The position numbers were made by a program, and so were the translations under genes. Below are positions 18,909 to 28,674 of a stretch of 64,000 nt of DNA, piece after piece. Numbering within the stretch: the first letter of the stretch is position 1; each line of letters starts with the position of its first letter. The notes under the pieces are model-generated. The model had not been told where the DNA came from. It worked only from the letters and a program-made list of their open reading frames with translations, and ran no database searches. This stretch comes from Polyangiales bacterium (GTDB taxonomy: Bacteria; Myxococcota_A; Polyangia; Polyangiales; Houyiibacteriaceae): contig JBGCFM010000054.1 in assembly GCA_045106895.1 (NCBI GenBank), positions 1 through 64,000 on the forward strand. Reading direction: 5' to 3'.

Positions 18909-20045
18909 ATGAGTCGTCCTACCCTGATTTCCTGTGCCGCGTTGTTCCTCTTGGTCGCGTGCGGTGGTGAAGAGACCGCCCCGACGGAAGAGCGCGCGCC
19001 CCGCGTGACCGAGAACGCCTCGGCGACACGCGTGGAGGTGGCTGCTGTTCAACTGAGCGCGGCGGGGCTGAGCGCTCGCTGGCCGGGGGAAGTGGTCGGT
19101 TCGCAGGACGCGCTCCTGGCCGCCGCGATGGGCGGATTCGTCGAACGTGTTCAGGTAGAAGAAGGCGAACAAGTCAGCGAAGGCCAAGTCCTCATCCGGG
19201 TGGACACGGCGTCCGCCAGCGCCCGCGTCGGGCAGGCCCGCGTGGAAGTCGACGCGGCGACAAGGGAGCTTGAACGCGCCGAGCGCCTCGGCAACGCCAT
19301 CTCTGCGCAACAGGTCGACAACGCACGCTCACGGGTCGCCGCGGCACGCGCCGGGCTTCGCTCAGCGACGGTGGCGAGTTCACGCTCCGTGATTCGAGCG
19401 CCCTTCGCCGGGACGGTCGCTCAGGTCTCCGTTGAACGAGGTGAAGTCGCCCCGCCGGGAGCTCCGCTCGTACGTCTCGTTCGCCTCGCGCCGGTCCACG
19501 TGGCGGTATCGGTTCCAGACCGCGACGTCGGCTCGCTCCGAGCTGGAATGTCCGTGAAGGTCCGCGCTGACGCGACCTCCGTCCCCGTCGATGGGAACAT
19601 TCTTCGGATCAGCCCCGCCGCGGATTTGCGGACGCGAGCTTTCGAGGTTCGCATCGAGCTACCCAACGAAGACCGCTCTTTGCTCCCCGGAATGATCGCC
19701 GATGTCGAGGTCCAAGGCGAAGCTCAGGAGGAGGCCGTGGTCATCCCGCAGTACACGCTGGTGACAGCCCTCGCGGAGAACGGTGTGTTCGTCGTGGAAG
19801 GCGATGTTGCCCGCTGGCGGCCCGTTCAGGTTGAACGTGTCTTGCGCGACCAGGTGGTCATCGCCTCGGGTCTGAGCGTGGGTGACCAGCTCATCGTGAC
19901 CGGGCATCGAGAGCTTGCCGATGGAGACCAGATTCTCTCGGTCCGACAAGGCACCTGCTGCACGGGCGGGCGGGTCGTATTCGAAGACGAGCCTCTTGCC
20001 GCGGCGCAACCCGAGGAAAGCGACTCTGAGGAGACCGCTCCGTGA
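18909..20045 (+). CDS. RND efflux periplasmic adaptor (membrane fusion protein), lipoprotein
   Basis: Lipobox LLVAC; lipoyl halves VEEGEQVSEGQVL and IRAPFAGTV; LLPGM; GLSVGDQLIVTG. Confidence 0.92.
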   Translation: MSRPTLISCAALFLLVACGGEETAPTEERAPRVTENASATRVEVAAVQLSAAGLSARWPGEVVGSQDALLAAAMGGFVERVQVEEGEQVSEGQVLIRVDTASASARVGQARVEVDAATRELERAERLGNAISAQQVDNARSRVAAARAGLRSATVASSRSVIRAPFAGTVAQVSVERGEVAPPGAPLVRLVRLAPVHVAVSVPDRDVGSLRAGMSVKVRADATSVPVDGNILRISPAADLRTRAFEVRIELPNEDRSLLPGMIADVEVQGEAQEEAVVIPQYTLVTALAENGVFVVEGDVARWRPVQVERVLRDQVVIASGLSVGDQLIVTGHRELADGDQILSVRQGTCCTGGRVVFEDEPLAAAQPEESDSEETAP

Positions 20046-23000
20046 TCGATACTCTCGTCCGAAAGAGGCGGCTCTTCATCAACTTCCTCGTGTTCTGCGT
20101 CGTACTCCTCGGGACGAAGATCTACGGGGAGCTTCCACGCGAAGCGAATCCGGATGTCTCGATTCCCGTCGTGACCGTGATGACGCCTTACATTGGCGTG
20201 TCGCCTCAGGACATCGAGTCCTTGGTCACCATTCCGCTCGAGAATGAACTCGCCGGCGTCAAAGACCTCAAGCACCTGACGAGCACTTCGTACGAAGGCC
20301 TCAGCGCCGTCATCCTTGAGTTCGAGCCTGAGGTCGTCATCCAAGACGCCCTTCAACGAGTTCGTGACCGCGTCGGACGAGTCTCCACGCTGCCGGAGGA
20401 CGCCGAGGACACCATCGTCTCGGAGATCTCGTTCTCAGACCTTCCGATCCTCATCGTCACCCTCGGCGGACCCGTCGACGAGGTGGTGCTGAAGCGTCTC
20501 GGTGAGGCTTTAGAGGAAGACATTCAGAGCGTCGCTGGGGTCCTCGACGCGAACCTCTCTGGCGGTCGCGAACGCGAGATCCGCGTCGAGATCGATCCTC
20601 GCCGCCTGTCTTACTACGGCCTCTCGATGAACGACGTCAGCCAGGCCATTGCCACGGAGAACGTCAACATCCCTGGCGGCGACGTGGATGCGGGGGATGC
20701 GACCTTCCTTCTGCGTGTTCCCGGCGAAGCGACGTCGCCGTCGGAACTTGCCAATATTGCCATCAAGCGAGTCGGCGACCGGCCCGTGTTCGTGCGTGAT
20801 GTCGCCCGCGTCGTCGACGGTTTTGCGCCTCGCGCCACATACGCACGAATGAACGGAGAGACCTCGGTCTCCATCGCGGTGTCGAAGAGCACCGGCGCCA
20901 ACATTGTCGAGGTGGTGGACGCTGTGCAGTCGATGGTCGACGAGCACGCCGAACTCTGGCCTGAAGGCGTGCACGCTCGTTACTTGGGCGACCAATCGAA
21001 GCTCGTGGACGACATGGTCAGCGAGCTTGAGAACGGCATCATCACGGGCCTGCTTCTGGTCGTGGCCGTGCTTCTCTTTTTCATGGGCGTTCGGAACAGT
21101 TTCTTCGTCGCTATCGCGATTCCGCTGTCCATGCTCCTCGCCTTTATTGTCATCTCTGCCTTTGGGCTGACGCTCAACATGATCGTGCTTTTCTCGCTGA
21201 TCATGGCCCTGGGCATGCTTGTCGATAATGCCATCGTGCTCGTCGAGAACATATTCCGTCATGTCGAAGAGGGGAAAGACCCCATCACCGCGTCCGTCAT
21301 CGGCACACAAGAGGTCGCAGGCGCCGTCGCTGCGTCGACGGCGACGACCGTCGCCGCCTTTGCGCCGCTGCTGTTTTGGACGGGCATGATGGGCCAGTTC
21401 ATGGGTTACCTGCCCAAGACTATCGTTATCGTTCTCATCTGCTCTCTCGTCGTCGCTGTTCTCGTGCTGCCGGTCACAACGGCGGTCTTCATGAAACGCT
21501 CGAAGCGCGCGCAGGCCAAAGCCGACGCGGAGAGTGAGACCACGGAGGCGGGCGACGGCCCCTACCGCGAAGGTGAAATCGACAACTCGCCCTTGGCGGA
21601 GACCGGTATCATGGGCGCGTACAGGCGTTTCCTCGAGTTGGCGATTCGTCGTCGCTACATCACGTTCTTGTTGGGCAACGTCGCCCTCATCGGAACGTTC
21701 ATGGCGTACGGAGCCCTGAACCACGGCGTGGAGTTCTTTCCCGAGACAGAGCCCGCGCGCGCCACTGTGAGCATCCGCGCCCCCATCGGAACAGACGTCG
21801 ACACCACCGACCGAATCTCACGCCAGGTAGAAGCGATTCTTGCGAGCACCGAAAACGTGGACGTCTTCGTCGCCGAAGTCGGTGTGGCGGGGGGCGGCCA
21901 GGACCCGATGAGCGCCTCACAGACCGCAGCGAACATGGCCCGAATCACCGTGGACTTCTTGCCCGACGCCAACACGGCGCGACCAGGAGAACATGTTCGC
22001 GTCGAGCCGACGACGGACACCATCGAAGCGATCCGCACCGCCGTGCGTGAGATTCCAGGGGCGGAGATCAGCGTTGAAAAGGAACGCATGGGACCTCCCG
22101 TGGGAAGTCCCATCGATGTCCGCGTCAGCGGCGACGAAGTTCACGAGCTCGGTCGTTTGGCGGCACGTGTACGCCGCGACTTGCGCGAGATCGAAGGCTC
22201 GACGGGGCTGACAGACAACTACCGCGTTGGACGCCCAGAGATGCGTTTGCGCATCGATCGCGGCGCGGCGAAACGCGTCGGCTCAAGCACTCAGGCCGTC
22301 GCCGGTACCGTGCGTGCCGCCGTCGCGGGCCAAAAGGCGAGCGCTTGGCGCGACGGCGAAGACGAATACGACATCATGGTGACCGTGGCGCCGGAGTTCC
22401 GAGAGGACCTTCAAGCGATCATGGCGCTGCGCATCGACGGCCGTGAGGACATCAGCCCTGACACCTTCCCAGTGCCACTTTCGGCGGTGGCGACGTACGA
22501 GCTAGCCGGCGGTACCGGGGCTATTCATCACATCGACCAGCAGCTTGTCGTGAGCGTCACCGGCGATGTCGAGGAGGGCTACCAGCAGGATGTGGTTCAG
22601 CAGGCGGTCCTCGACTACATCGACGAGACGGAGTTGCCGCCGGGCTACAGTCTTTCGTTGGGTGGGTCGAACGACGAACAGGCGGAGACCGGCGAGTTCC
22701 TTGCGCGGGCGATGCTCATCGCGCTTCTACTCATCCTCTGCGTCTTGGTGTTCCAGTTCAACGCGATTCTCACTCCGATTATCGTGCTCTACAGCGTCAT
22801 CCTCTCCCTCGTTGGCGTGCTCTGGGGCCTCGTACTGACCGGCACGCCCTTTGGCATCATGATGACTGGACTCGGGGTGATATCCCTCGCGGGTATCGTT
22901 GTTAACAATGCCATCGTGCTTCTGGACTACGTGGGACAGCTGCGCGAGCGTGGCGCGACGGTGGTGGATGCCCTCGTACGCGCCGGCATGACGCGCTTCC

Positions 23001-23305
23001 GCCCGGTGATCCTGACGGCGATCACGACGGTCCTGGGGCTCATCCCTATGGCCATTGGCGTGTCCCTCGACTTCCGAAAGTTCAAGCTCATCGTCGGTAG
23101 CACCACCGCGTCGTGGTGGGCGCCGATGGCCATCGCCATCATCTTTGGACTTGGTGCCGCGACGCTTCTGACGTTGGTCTTGATCCCGAGCCTCTACGCC
23201 ATCGCCGAGGACTTCCGAGGTTTCACCAGCCGAACATGGGCGCGCCTCAAGTCTGGACGAAGCGACGCCGACGGGCCGGGCGGTGCAGCCACGCCCGCTG
23301 AGTAG
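20042..23305 (+). CDS. RND efflux permease (AcrB/AcrD/AcrF family)
   Basis: 1087 aa with 12-TM pattern; GMLVDNAIVLVENI, GIVVNNAIVLLD and RFRPVILTAITTVLGLIPM. GTGA overlap with the adaptor gene. Confidence 0.95.
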   Translation: MIDTLVRKRRLFINFLVFCVVLLGTKIYGELPREANPDVSIPVVTVMTPYIGVSPQDIESLVTIPLENELAGVKDLKHLTSTSYEGLSAVILEFEPEVVIQDALQRVRDRVGRVSTLPEDAEDTIVSEISFSDLPILIVTLGGPVDEVVLKRLGEALEEDIQSVAGVLDANLSGGREREIRVEIDPRRLSYYGLSMNDVSQAIATENVNIPGGDVDAGDATFLLRVPGEATSPSELANIAIKRVGDRPVFVRDVARVVDGFAPRATYARMNGETSVSIAVSKSTGANIVEVVDAVQSMVDEHAELWPEGVHARYLGDQSKLVDDMVSELENGIITGLLLVVAVLLFFMGVRNSFFVAIAIPLSMLLAFIVISAFGLTLNMIVLFSLIMALGMLVDNAIVLVENIFRHVEEGKDPITASVIGTQEVAGAVAASTATTVAAFAPLLFWTGMMGQFMGYLPKTIVIVLICSLVVAVLVLPVTTAVFMKRSKRAQAKADAESETTEAGDGPYREGEIDNSPLAETGIMGAYRRFLELAIRRRYITFLLGNVALIGTFMAYGALNHGVEFFPETEPARATVSIRAPIGTDVDTTDRISRQVEAILASTENVDVFVAEVGVAGGGQDPMSASQTAANMARITVDFLPDANTARPGEHVRVEPTTDTIEAIRTAVREIPGAEISVEKERMGPPVGSPIDVRVSGDEVHELGRLAARVRRDLREIEGSTGLTDNYRVGRPEMRLRIDRGAAKRVGSSTQAVAGTVRAAVAGQKASAWRDGEDEYDIMVTVAPEFREDLQAIMALRIDGREDISPDTFPVPLSAVATYELAGGTGAIHHIDQQLVVSVTGDVEEGYQQDVVQQAVLDYIDETELPPGYSLSLGGSNDEQAETGEFLARAMLIALLLILCVLVFQFNAILTPIIVLYSVILSLVGVLWGLVLTGTPFGIMMTGLGVISLAGIVVNNAIVLLDYVGQLRERGATVVDALVRAGMTRFRPVILTAITTVLGLIPMAIGVSLDFRKFKLIVGSTTASWWAPMAIAIIFGLGAATLLTLVLIPSLYAIAEDFRGFTSRTWARLKSGRSDADGPGGAATPAE

Positions 23306-23357
23306 AGGGCCGCTTCTGGCATTGCGTCCGCCGCGCGAGTAGTCCAGCGTAGCGGCC

Positions 23358-24479
23358 ATGGACGAGCCTCGGAAAGCGACAACCTACTGGGAATACATCA
23401 AGACCGAAGAGATCCTGAAACTTCAGGGGGGTCTCGAGGAGAGTGATGAAAACCTCGGAAACGATGAGGTGCTCTTCATCACGGTTCATCAAATCGATGA
23501 GCTCTGGTTCAAGCTAATCCTTCGGGAGCTCCTCACGGTTCGCGCACTCTTTGCCGAAGATCACGTCCCCGAGCAGTCCCTTTCCTCGGTGGTCCGCGGC
23601 ATCAAACGCATCGCGGTCCTGCTGCACCAAACCGCCGGGCACTTTGCGCTCATGGAGACCATGACGACGCGCGACTACCTTTCGTTTCGCGACAAGCTCA
23701 GCCCCGCGAGCGGCTTTCAGTCCGCCCAGATGCGCGAGATTGAGATCGTCCTTGGGCTCGAAGAGAAGCGGCGCATCCCCCTCGGGCATGAAGGCGACTA
23801 CAAGAAGGCCTTGGAGCAGCCAGACGGAAGCCCTTCCGCTGCGCTAAAGCAGGTGGAGAAGCGCCTCCGCCACCCGGTCACCATGAAGAGTGCCATCGAC
23901 GACTGGCTGTATCGCACACCGATTCAAGGGTCCGTGCCCAGCGACGCGGACGATGACGCCGTCGTGACGCGTTTTTGCGAGGGCTACCTCGCCGCTCACG
24001 CCGGGGAGACAGAGCGCGCGCTCAAGTATGCCGTTCATGACGCGCTCACGCCGGCGGACATCGCGCGGCTTGAGGCACGTTATGAAGGTGCAAGGGCCTC
24101 TGCGCGCGCGTTTCTCATGGCGGAAGATGTTCCTGTGGAAGAGCGTCAGCGACGCCGACGTATTCGCGCCGCGCTCGTGTTTGTCGAGAGCTACCGCGAG
24201 CTTCCTCTTCTCGCTTGGCCGCGTGAGCTCATCGACTCCTTGGTCGCGCTGGAGCAAGCCTTCGTGATCTTCCGCCAGCGCCACGCGCGCATGGTTGAAC
24301 GAGTTATCGGTCGGCGTACGGGCACCGGCGGCAGCGCCGGGGTGGACTACCTCGACCAAACCGCGCTGAAGTATCGGATCTTCGAAGATGTCTGGGCCGT
24401 GCGGACTATCCAGATTCGCGCCGACGTTCTGCCTGCGCTCGACGACACGAGTTTCTACGGTCTCGTCTCCGAGACCTGA
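23358..24479 (+). CDS. kynA: Tryptophan 2,3-dioxygenase
   Basis: YWEYIK, DEVLFITVHQIDELWFK, ASGFQSAQMREIE and RHARMVERVIGRRTGTGGSAGVDYL. Confidence 0.93.
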   Translation: MDEPRKATTYWEYIKTEEILKLQGGLEESDENLGNDEVLFITVHQIDELWFKLILRELLTVRALFAEDHVPEQSLSSVVRGIKRIAVLLHQTAGHFALMETMTTRDYLSFRDKLSPASGFQSAQMREIEIVLGLEEKRRIPLGHEGDYKKALEQPDGSPSAALKQVEKRLRHPVTMKSAIDDWLYRTPIQGSVPSDADDDAVVTRFCEGYLAAHAGETERALKYAVHDALTPADIARLEARYEGARASARAFLMAEDVPVEERQRRRRIRAALVFVESYRELPLLAWPRELIDSLVALEQAFVIFRQRHARMVERVIGRRTGTGGSAGVDYLDQTALKYRIFEDVWAVRTIQIRADVLPALDDTSFYGLVSET

Positions 24480-24484
24480 GCGAG

Positions 24485-25606
24485 CTAACGCATCGAGGAG
24501 CGACGTGAGCGCATGCCTACGCGCACGGAGGACATGCGTGAACTCATGCCCATGGCGGAGCGCATGCCCATGGCGGAGCGCATTCCTCGGGAGGAGCGCA
24601 TTCCTCTGGAGGAGCGCATGCTGGAGCGCATACGCGAGCCCATCATGGAGGCCCTGGATTCGCGCCGGCGCCGGCGCCGGACGGCCTGGCGGACACGTTC
24701 GCGCTCGACCCGCCGGGCCTCGTCGCTGGGACGACGTTCGGGCACCCAATCCCAGTAGGGGGGCGAATCGCGGCAGCGCGGTTTGTCGTCTCCGTCACAA
24801 TAGATGCGGACATGAAAGTGTGAGTTGTGCGTCCCGTATCGTGCCCAACGTCCTCGACCGGTCCTTCGCGGACCGACGGCCTCCATGACGCGATGGATCA
24901 GCCAATCCGGCGCGTTCTGGCGCTGGGCTTCCGCCAAGAGCCGCTCCTTGAGCGGAGAGATCACCATGATGTACTGAACGGGCACCACATCTTGGCCCAT
25001 GAGTGCCGCGACGAGGGCCCAGTTTCGTGTGTCGTCGAACTTGAGTTCGCGCTCGCTTCGTCGCTCCTTGCCCACGCCGGTCCGGCGAAGGCCGACGAAC
25101 GTGTTGTTCATCGCGGGTTCGCCCGTCGCGTCGACAAGGTAGAAGCCCACATCAGCGTCGCGACCGACTCGGTGGCTCCGATGTGGACGAATGCGCCCGC
25201 CTCGCTGACGACTGAGGTCTCCCACGAGAAGGCGTGAGCCTGGGTACTGGGCTTCCACCTGCGCCGAGGCCCAGGTCAGTAGATTGGTAAACTCTTGGGT
25301 GCCGTAGGCGTTGTTGGGCGTCCGAACGTGAACCCCGTTGATGGGCTCAAGAGCCACGCCTCGGTGAAGCCGGCCTTGGTTGGTGGCTCCGATCGAGCGG
25401 GAAGGGGAGACGTCCTCTCTTGGAGGACCGAACCCCTCGGCGGGTCCGCCAGGCGGCGGAGTGTCTCTCGGCTCTGGAATGGGCCAGGCCGCGGCTCCGG
25501 TCGCCGGTTCATCGAGCTCTTCGTCGCTCTCTTGGCTCTGCGCTGGGAGGCCGAACGACACCACGAGGAGCGTGAGCAGAATCCAGCGGGACGGACGAAG
25601 AAGCAC
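24485..25606 (-). CDS. Penicillin-insensitive murein endopeptidase (MepA-like LAS metallopeptidase) with a Met/Arg/Ser repeat tail
   Basis: SIGATNQGRL, YGT, VGDLSRQRGG..HRSHRVGRDAD and HNSHFHVRIYC. GTG start sits 6 nt after TATTTT and is followed by a signal peptide. Confidence 0.88.
   Translation of the reverse strand: MLLRPSRWILLTLLVVSFGLPAQSQESDEELDEPATGAAAWPIPEPRDTPPPGGPAEGFGPPREDVSPSRSIGATNQGRLHRGVALEPINGVHVRTPNNAYGTQEFTNLLTWASAQVEAQYPGSRLLVGDLSRQRGGRIRPHRSHRVGRDADVGFYLVDATGEPAMNNTFVGLRRTGVGKERRSERELKFDDTRNWALVAALMGQDVVPVQYIMVISPLKERLLAEAQRQNAPDWLIHRVMEAVGPRRTGRGRWARYGTHNSHFHVRIYCDGDDKPRCRDSPPYWDWVPERRPSDEARRVERERVRQAVRRRRRRESRASMMGSRMRSSMRSSRGMRSSRGMRSAMGMRSAMGMSSRMSSVRVGMRSRRSSMR
24548..24619 (-). 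repeat. Four imperfect 18-bp tandem units encoding MRS(S/A)(R/M)G
   Basis: On the + strand: GCCCATGGCGGAGCGCAT x2, TCCTCGGGAGGAGCGCAT, TCCTCTGGAGGAGCGCAT. Confidence 0.9.
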
Positions 25607-25780
25607 GGACGTAAAATAGGGCAAAGAGGGGCCAGGCACAAAAAGCAAGACTGCGATCGGTGACGCTCCATTCATTCGTGCCGTCAGCGCGTTGCCCCGG
25701 GGCATCGAGTGCGTTATGCAGCGTCCATTGCCCCCTGGGGGCCGCTTCTCCCACAAGAAGTGGCGACAATCGGAGAGTTC

Positions 25781-26023
25781 ATGGAACGCGCGCAGCTACT
25801 CGAAATGTTCACAAAGACGGCCTCAGAGGTTGCTGAAAAGGAATTTTCGGCGATTGAGGAGTCCACAGTCATCGCGGACATGGGCGTCGACTCCCTGGCG
25901 ATGCTCGAAGTCGTCGGTGAAATGGAGCGTACGCTCTCAATTCAGATCCCGGATGACAGTCTCGTCGGTATCGAAACCGTCGCTCAGCTTCTCGATGTCG
26001 TCGAGAAGCGCATCGAGGCCTGA
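25781..26023 (+). CDS. Stand-alone acyl carrier protein
   Basis: 80-aa acidic protein with the phosphopantetheine site MGVDSLAMLE, IQIPDD and ETVAQL; GGAG SD upstream. Confidence 0.9.
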   Translation: MERAQLLEMFTKTASEVAEKEFSAIEESTVIADMGVDSLAMLEVVGEMERTLSIQIPDDSLVGIETVAQLLDVVEKRIEA

Positions 26024-26088
26024 GCCAGGTCTCAGCTAGGCGCGGAAGCGCCGTGCGTTTGAGCCGTCATTTGTGTAGCGTGCTCTCT

Positions 26089-28671
26089 ATGAGACGCCTC
26101 GCTTTGCTTTGTATTGGTCTTCTCCTCGCCTGCGGAGACGACACCGTGACGGACGCAGGATCCGCCGATGTTGGAAATGACACCTCGGCCGACGCCCAAG
26201 ACGCAGTCGATGTCGGCGGTGAGGATGTTCCCTCCTTCGAGTGCGACACCCCGTCTCCCTTCGAAGAAGGCGCAGTGCCGATGCCGGTGGTCCTTGGTGA
26301 GGGCGTCGTCGCTGGGCGCTTGAGTGCCGCGCAGCTTCCGCCGGACAACTTAGGTCTGAGCGAGTGGCGCGATGGTGACTTTGTCCTCGCCAACAGTGAA
26401 GTCGCGGTTCTTTTCTCCCAGCAAGACCACGAGGGCCAGACCTACGACCCCTACGGCGGGCGTATGGTCGGTATCGCTGGCGTGGATGGGAACCAGCTCG
26501 TCGATGCCGCCGACTTCAGTCTTATCGTGATGACGATCGGTCGTTTTCTCGTCGCGACCCGTTCTATCACCGTCATGAACGACGGAAGCGATGGCGAAGC
26601 CGCCGTCGTTCGTGTCACCGGTCCTCTCGCGCCTCTCACGGCGCTTGGCGAAGTCATCGAAGTTCTGTCGAGTCTTGACTTCACGGGAACCGAAGGCGCC
26701 ATCGACTACACCCTCGAACCTGGCGCGAACGCAGTCGATGTGACGATGCGGGTCAGTCCCCACCGTCAGCTCGTGTCCAGCGTGGGCGCGCTTCAGGTCT
26801 TCTTCCAGGCAAACCGAATGCCTGCGTGGAGGCCGGAGACCGGGTTCGGCGAGACCTCGGGCCGAACACCCTTCGTCGCCTTCACGGACGACTTCAGCAC
26901 CAACTACGCTTGGACCGCACCGCCCGATGGCATGCTCTCGGGGTTGGTCAGCTTCAGCGGCGCCGACGTGTTTTCGACCGGCGGCGTTCGCCTGGGCTGT
27001 GGTGCAAACGACGTGCCTCTCGGCCGAATCGTCATCGGGGCGGAGGGCGGAATGCCGGCCCTCATGAAGAGCCTCGAGGATGACGGTTCGCAGGAGACGA
27101 TGGTGCTCAGCGGCCGAGTCGTCGACACGGCTGGAACGCCGGTAGGCGGCGTCCGTATTCACGCCGTGAACGCAGAGGATGAGCACTTGTCGCGTTTCCG
27201 CGTGGACGAAACGGGAGCGTTCAGCCAGCCCGTCGATTCCCGCGCAACCCAGCTCTACGTTTGGCGCGACGGCTTTCCGTTTGCCGGGCCCTTCGCCGTG
27301 AGCGCGGACAACGTTCTTGAGCTTCCCGTCGCCTCCACCATCCGCGTCGCGGTGACCGAGACTTCCTCGGGTAACCCCTTTCCTGCCAAGGTAGAGGTCT
27401 TCCGCGTCGATGGCGAGGTGCCGACGGCGCCAGAGGCGTTCGGTGAGAGTGCCCCTGGATCGGGCCGCATCCACTTTGAAAACCCCGTCGACGGCGTGGC
27501 GGTGCTCGAGGTTCCAGCGGGCGAATACCGAGTGCGCGTAGGTCACGGACCGACGTATGAACGCGTTGAAGAAGTCGTCAGTGTGGACGGTGGCGAGGCC
27601 CTCGTCGAAGCGTCCATCGACGAGATTTTTCCAAATCCCGGTGTTCTTTGCGGTGACTTTCATCTTCATACGACCGGGTCCGTCGACTCGCCCGACCGCG
27701 CAGACGACAAGCTACGCTCCATCGTCGCGAACGGCGTGCAGATTGCGGTTCGTACCGAGCACGAAGTGATTCGCGACTACTCACCGATCATCGCCGACCT
27801 TGGGTTGGACTCTTTCGTGAAGGGGTTCATCGGCCTTGAGCTGAGTACCGTCGAGTACGGCCATTTCAATACGTTCCCACTCTTGATGACGGATGGTCCT
27901 GGCAACGGGGCGCCGCTTTGGCCTGGAATGCTCCCCACGGAGCTCTTCGACGCGGTTCGAAATCGGCCAGAAGCACCCACCGTGACGATCAACCATCCAC
28001 GCAGCGGAGGTTCTCTTCAGGGGTACTTCAACGCGGCTCAATACGACCCAGTCACCGGTACGCCTGGGCGTCCCGAGATGTGGGATGAAGAGTTCCGCGT
28101 TGTTGAGCTCTTCAACGACAGCAACTTTGAGTCCAATCGCGACAGCACCGTGGCGGACTGGTTCTCGCTCCTGAATCAAGGTCGCCAGATCGCAGCGGTG
28201 GGCTCCTCGGACAGTCACCGGGTCAACTCCGTACCGCCGGGATACCCACGTACGTGCCTCCAAGTTGGCACCGACACGCCCAGTGAGGTGACCGGGGCCG
28301 TGCTTCAGGCCGCCCTCGAGCGCGGCGCTTCCATCATCTATGGCGGCATCGATCTGCGAGTGACGGGTCCCGATGGCGCGGGCCCAGGCGATACCGTTGC
28401 GGACAGCGGCGAGACGGCGATGTTTAACGTCACCCTCATCGCGGCGGACTTTGTCGATGTGAACAGGCTCGAAGTGATCGTGGACGGTGTCACAACTCAG
28501 ACCATCACCATCGACACTTTGGGCGCGGGTGTGCGCTACGACGAGGACATCGCCATCGACGTGGCGGAGGGCGGCAGCTGGGTCATCTTCCACGCCGCAG
28601 GTGATGAGCCTTTCAACGCCAACGGGTCCCGGCCCTTCGCGGTCTCGAACCCGGTCTTTCTTGCTCGATGA
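26089..28671 (+). CDS. Lipoprotein, CehA/McbA-like PHP-fold metallohydrolase
   Basis: Lipobox LLACGDD; GDFHLHT..S.D, TEH, GHFNTFP, INHPR, GSSDSH and the C-terminal AVSNPVF. Confidence 0.85.
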   Translation: MRRLALLCIGLLLACGDDTVTDAGSADVGNDTSADAQDAVDVGGEDVPSFECDTPSPFEEGAVPMPVVLGEGVVAGRLSAAQLPPDNLGLSEWRDGDFVLANSEVAVLFSQQDHEGQTYDPYGGRMVGIAGVDGNQLVDAADFSLIVMTIGRFLVATRSITVMNDGSDGEAAVVRVTGPLAPLTALGEVIEVLSSLDFTGTEGAIDYTLEPGANAVDVTMRVSPHRQLVSSVGALQVFFQANRMPAWRPETGFGETSGRTPFVAFTDDFSTNYAWTAPPDGMLSGLVSFSGADVFSTGGVRLGCGANDVPLGRIVIGAEGGMPALMKSLEDDGSQETMVLSGRVVDTAGTPVGGVRIHAVNAEDEHLSRFRVDETGAFSQPVDSRATQLYVWRDGFPFAGPFAVSADNVLELPVASTIRVAVTETSSGNPFPAKVEVFRVDGEVPTAPEAFGESAPGSGRIHFENPVDGVAVLEVPAGEYRVRVGHGPTYERVEEVVSVDGGEALVEASIDEIFPNPGVLCGDFHLHTTGSVDSPDRADDKLRSIVANGVQIAVRTEHEVIRDYSPIIADLGLDSFVKGFIGLELSTVEYGHFNTFPLLMTDGPGNGAPLWPGMLPTELFDAVRNRPEAPTVTINHPRSGGSLQGYFNAAQYDPVTGTPGRPEMWDEEFRVVELFNDSNFESNRDSTVADWFSLLNQGRQIAAVGSSDSHRVNSVPPGYPRTCLQVGTDTPSEVTGAVLQAALERGASIIYGGIDLRVTGPDGAGPGDTVADSGETAMFNVTLIAADFVDVNRLEVIVDGVTTQTITIDTLGAGVRYDEDIAIDVAEGGSWVIFHAAGDEPFNANGSRPFAVSNPVFLAR

Positions 28672-28674
28672 GCC

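Noticed and set aside
18741..19310. N-terminal extension of the LysR ORF (474 aa in the track)
   Set aside because: The HTH begins near 18740, and the extension overlaps the divergent RND adaptor gene.
24513..24758. + strand ORF with MAERMP/REERIP repeats (possible RiPP-like precursor)
   Set aside because: It is the reverse reading of the MepA tail repeat; no SD or modifying enzymes nearby.
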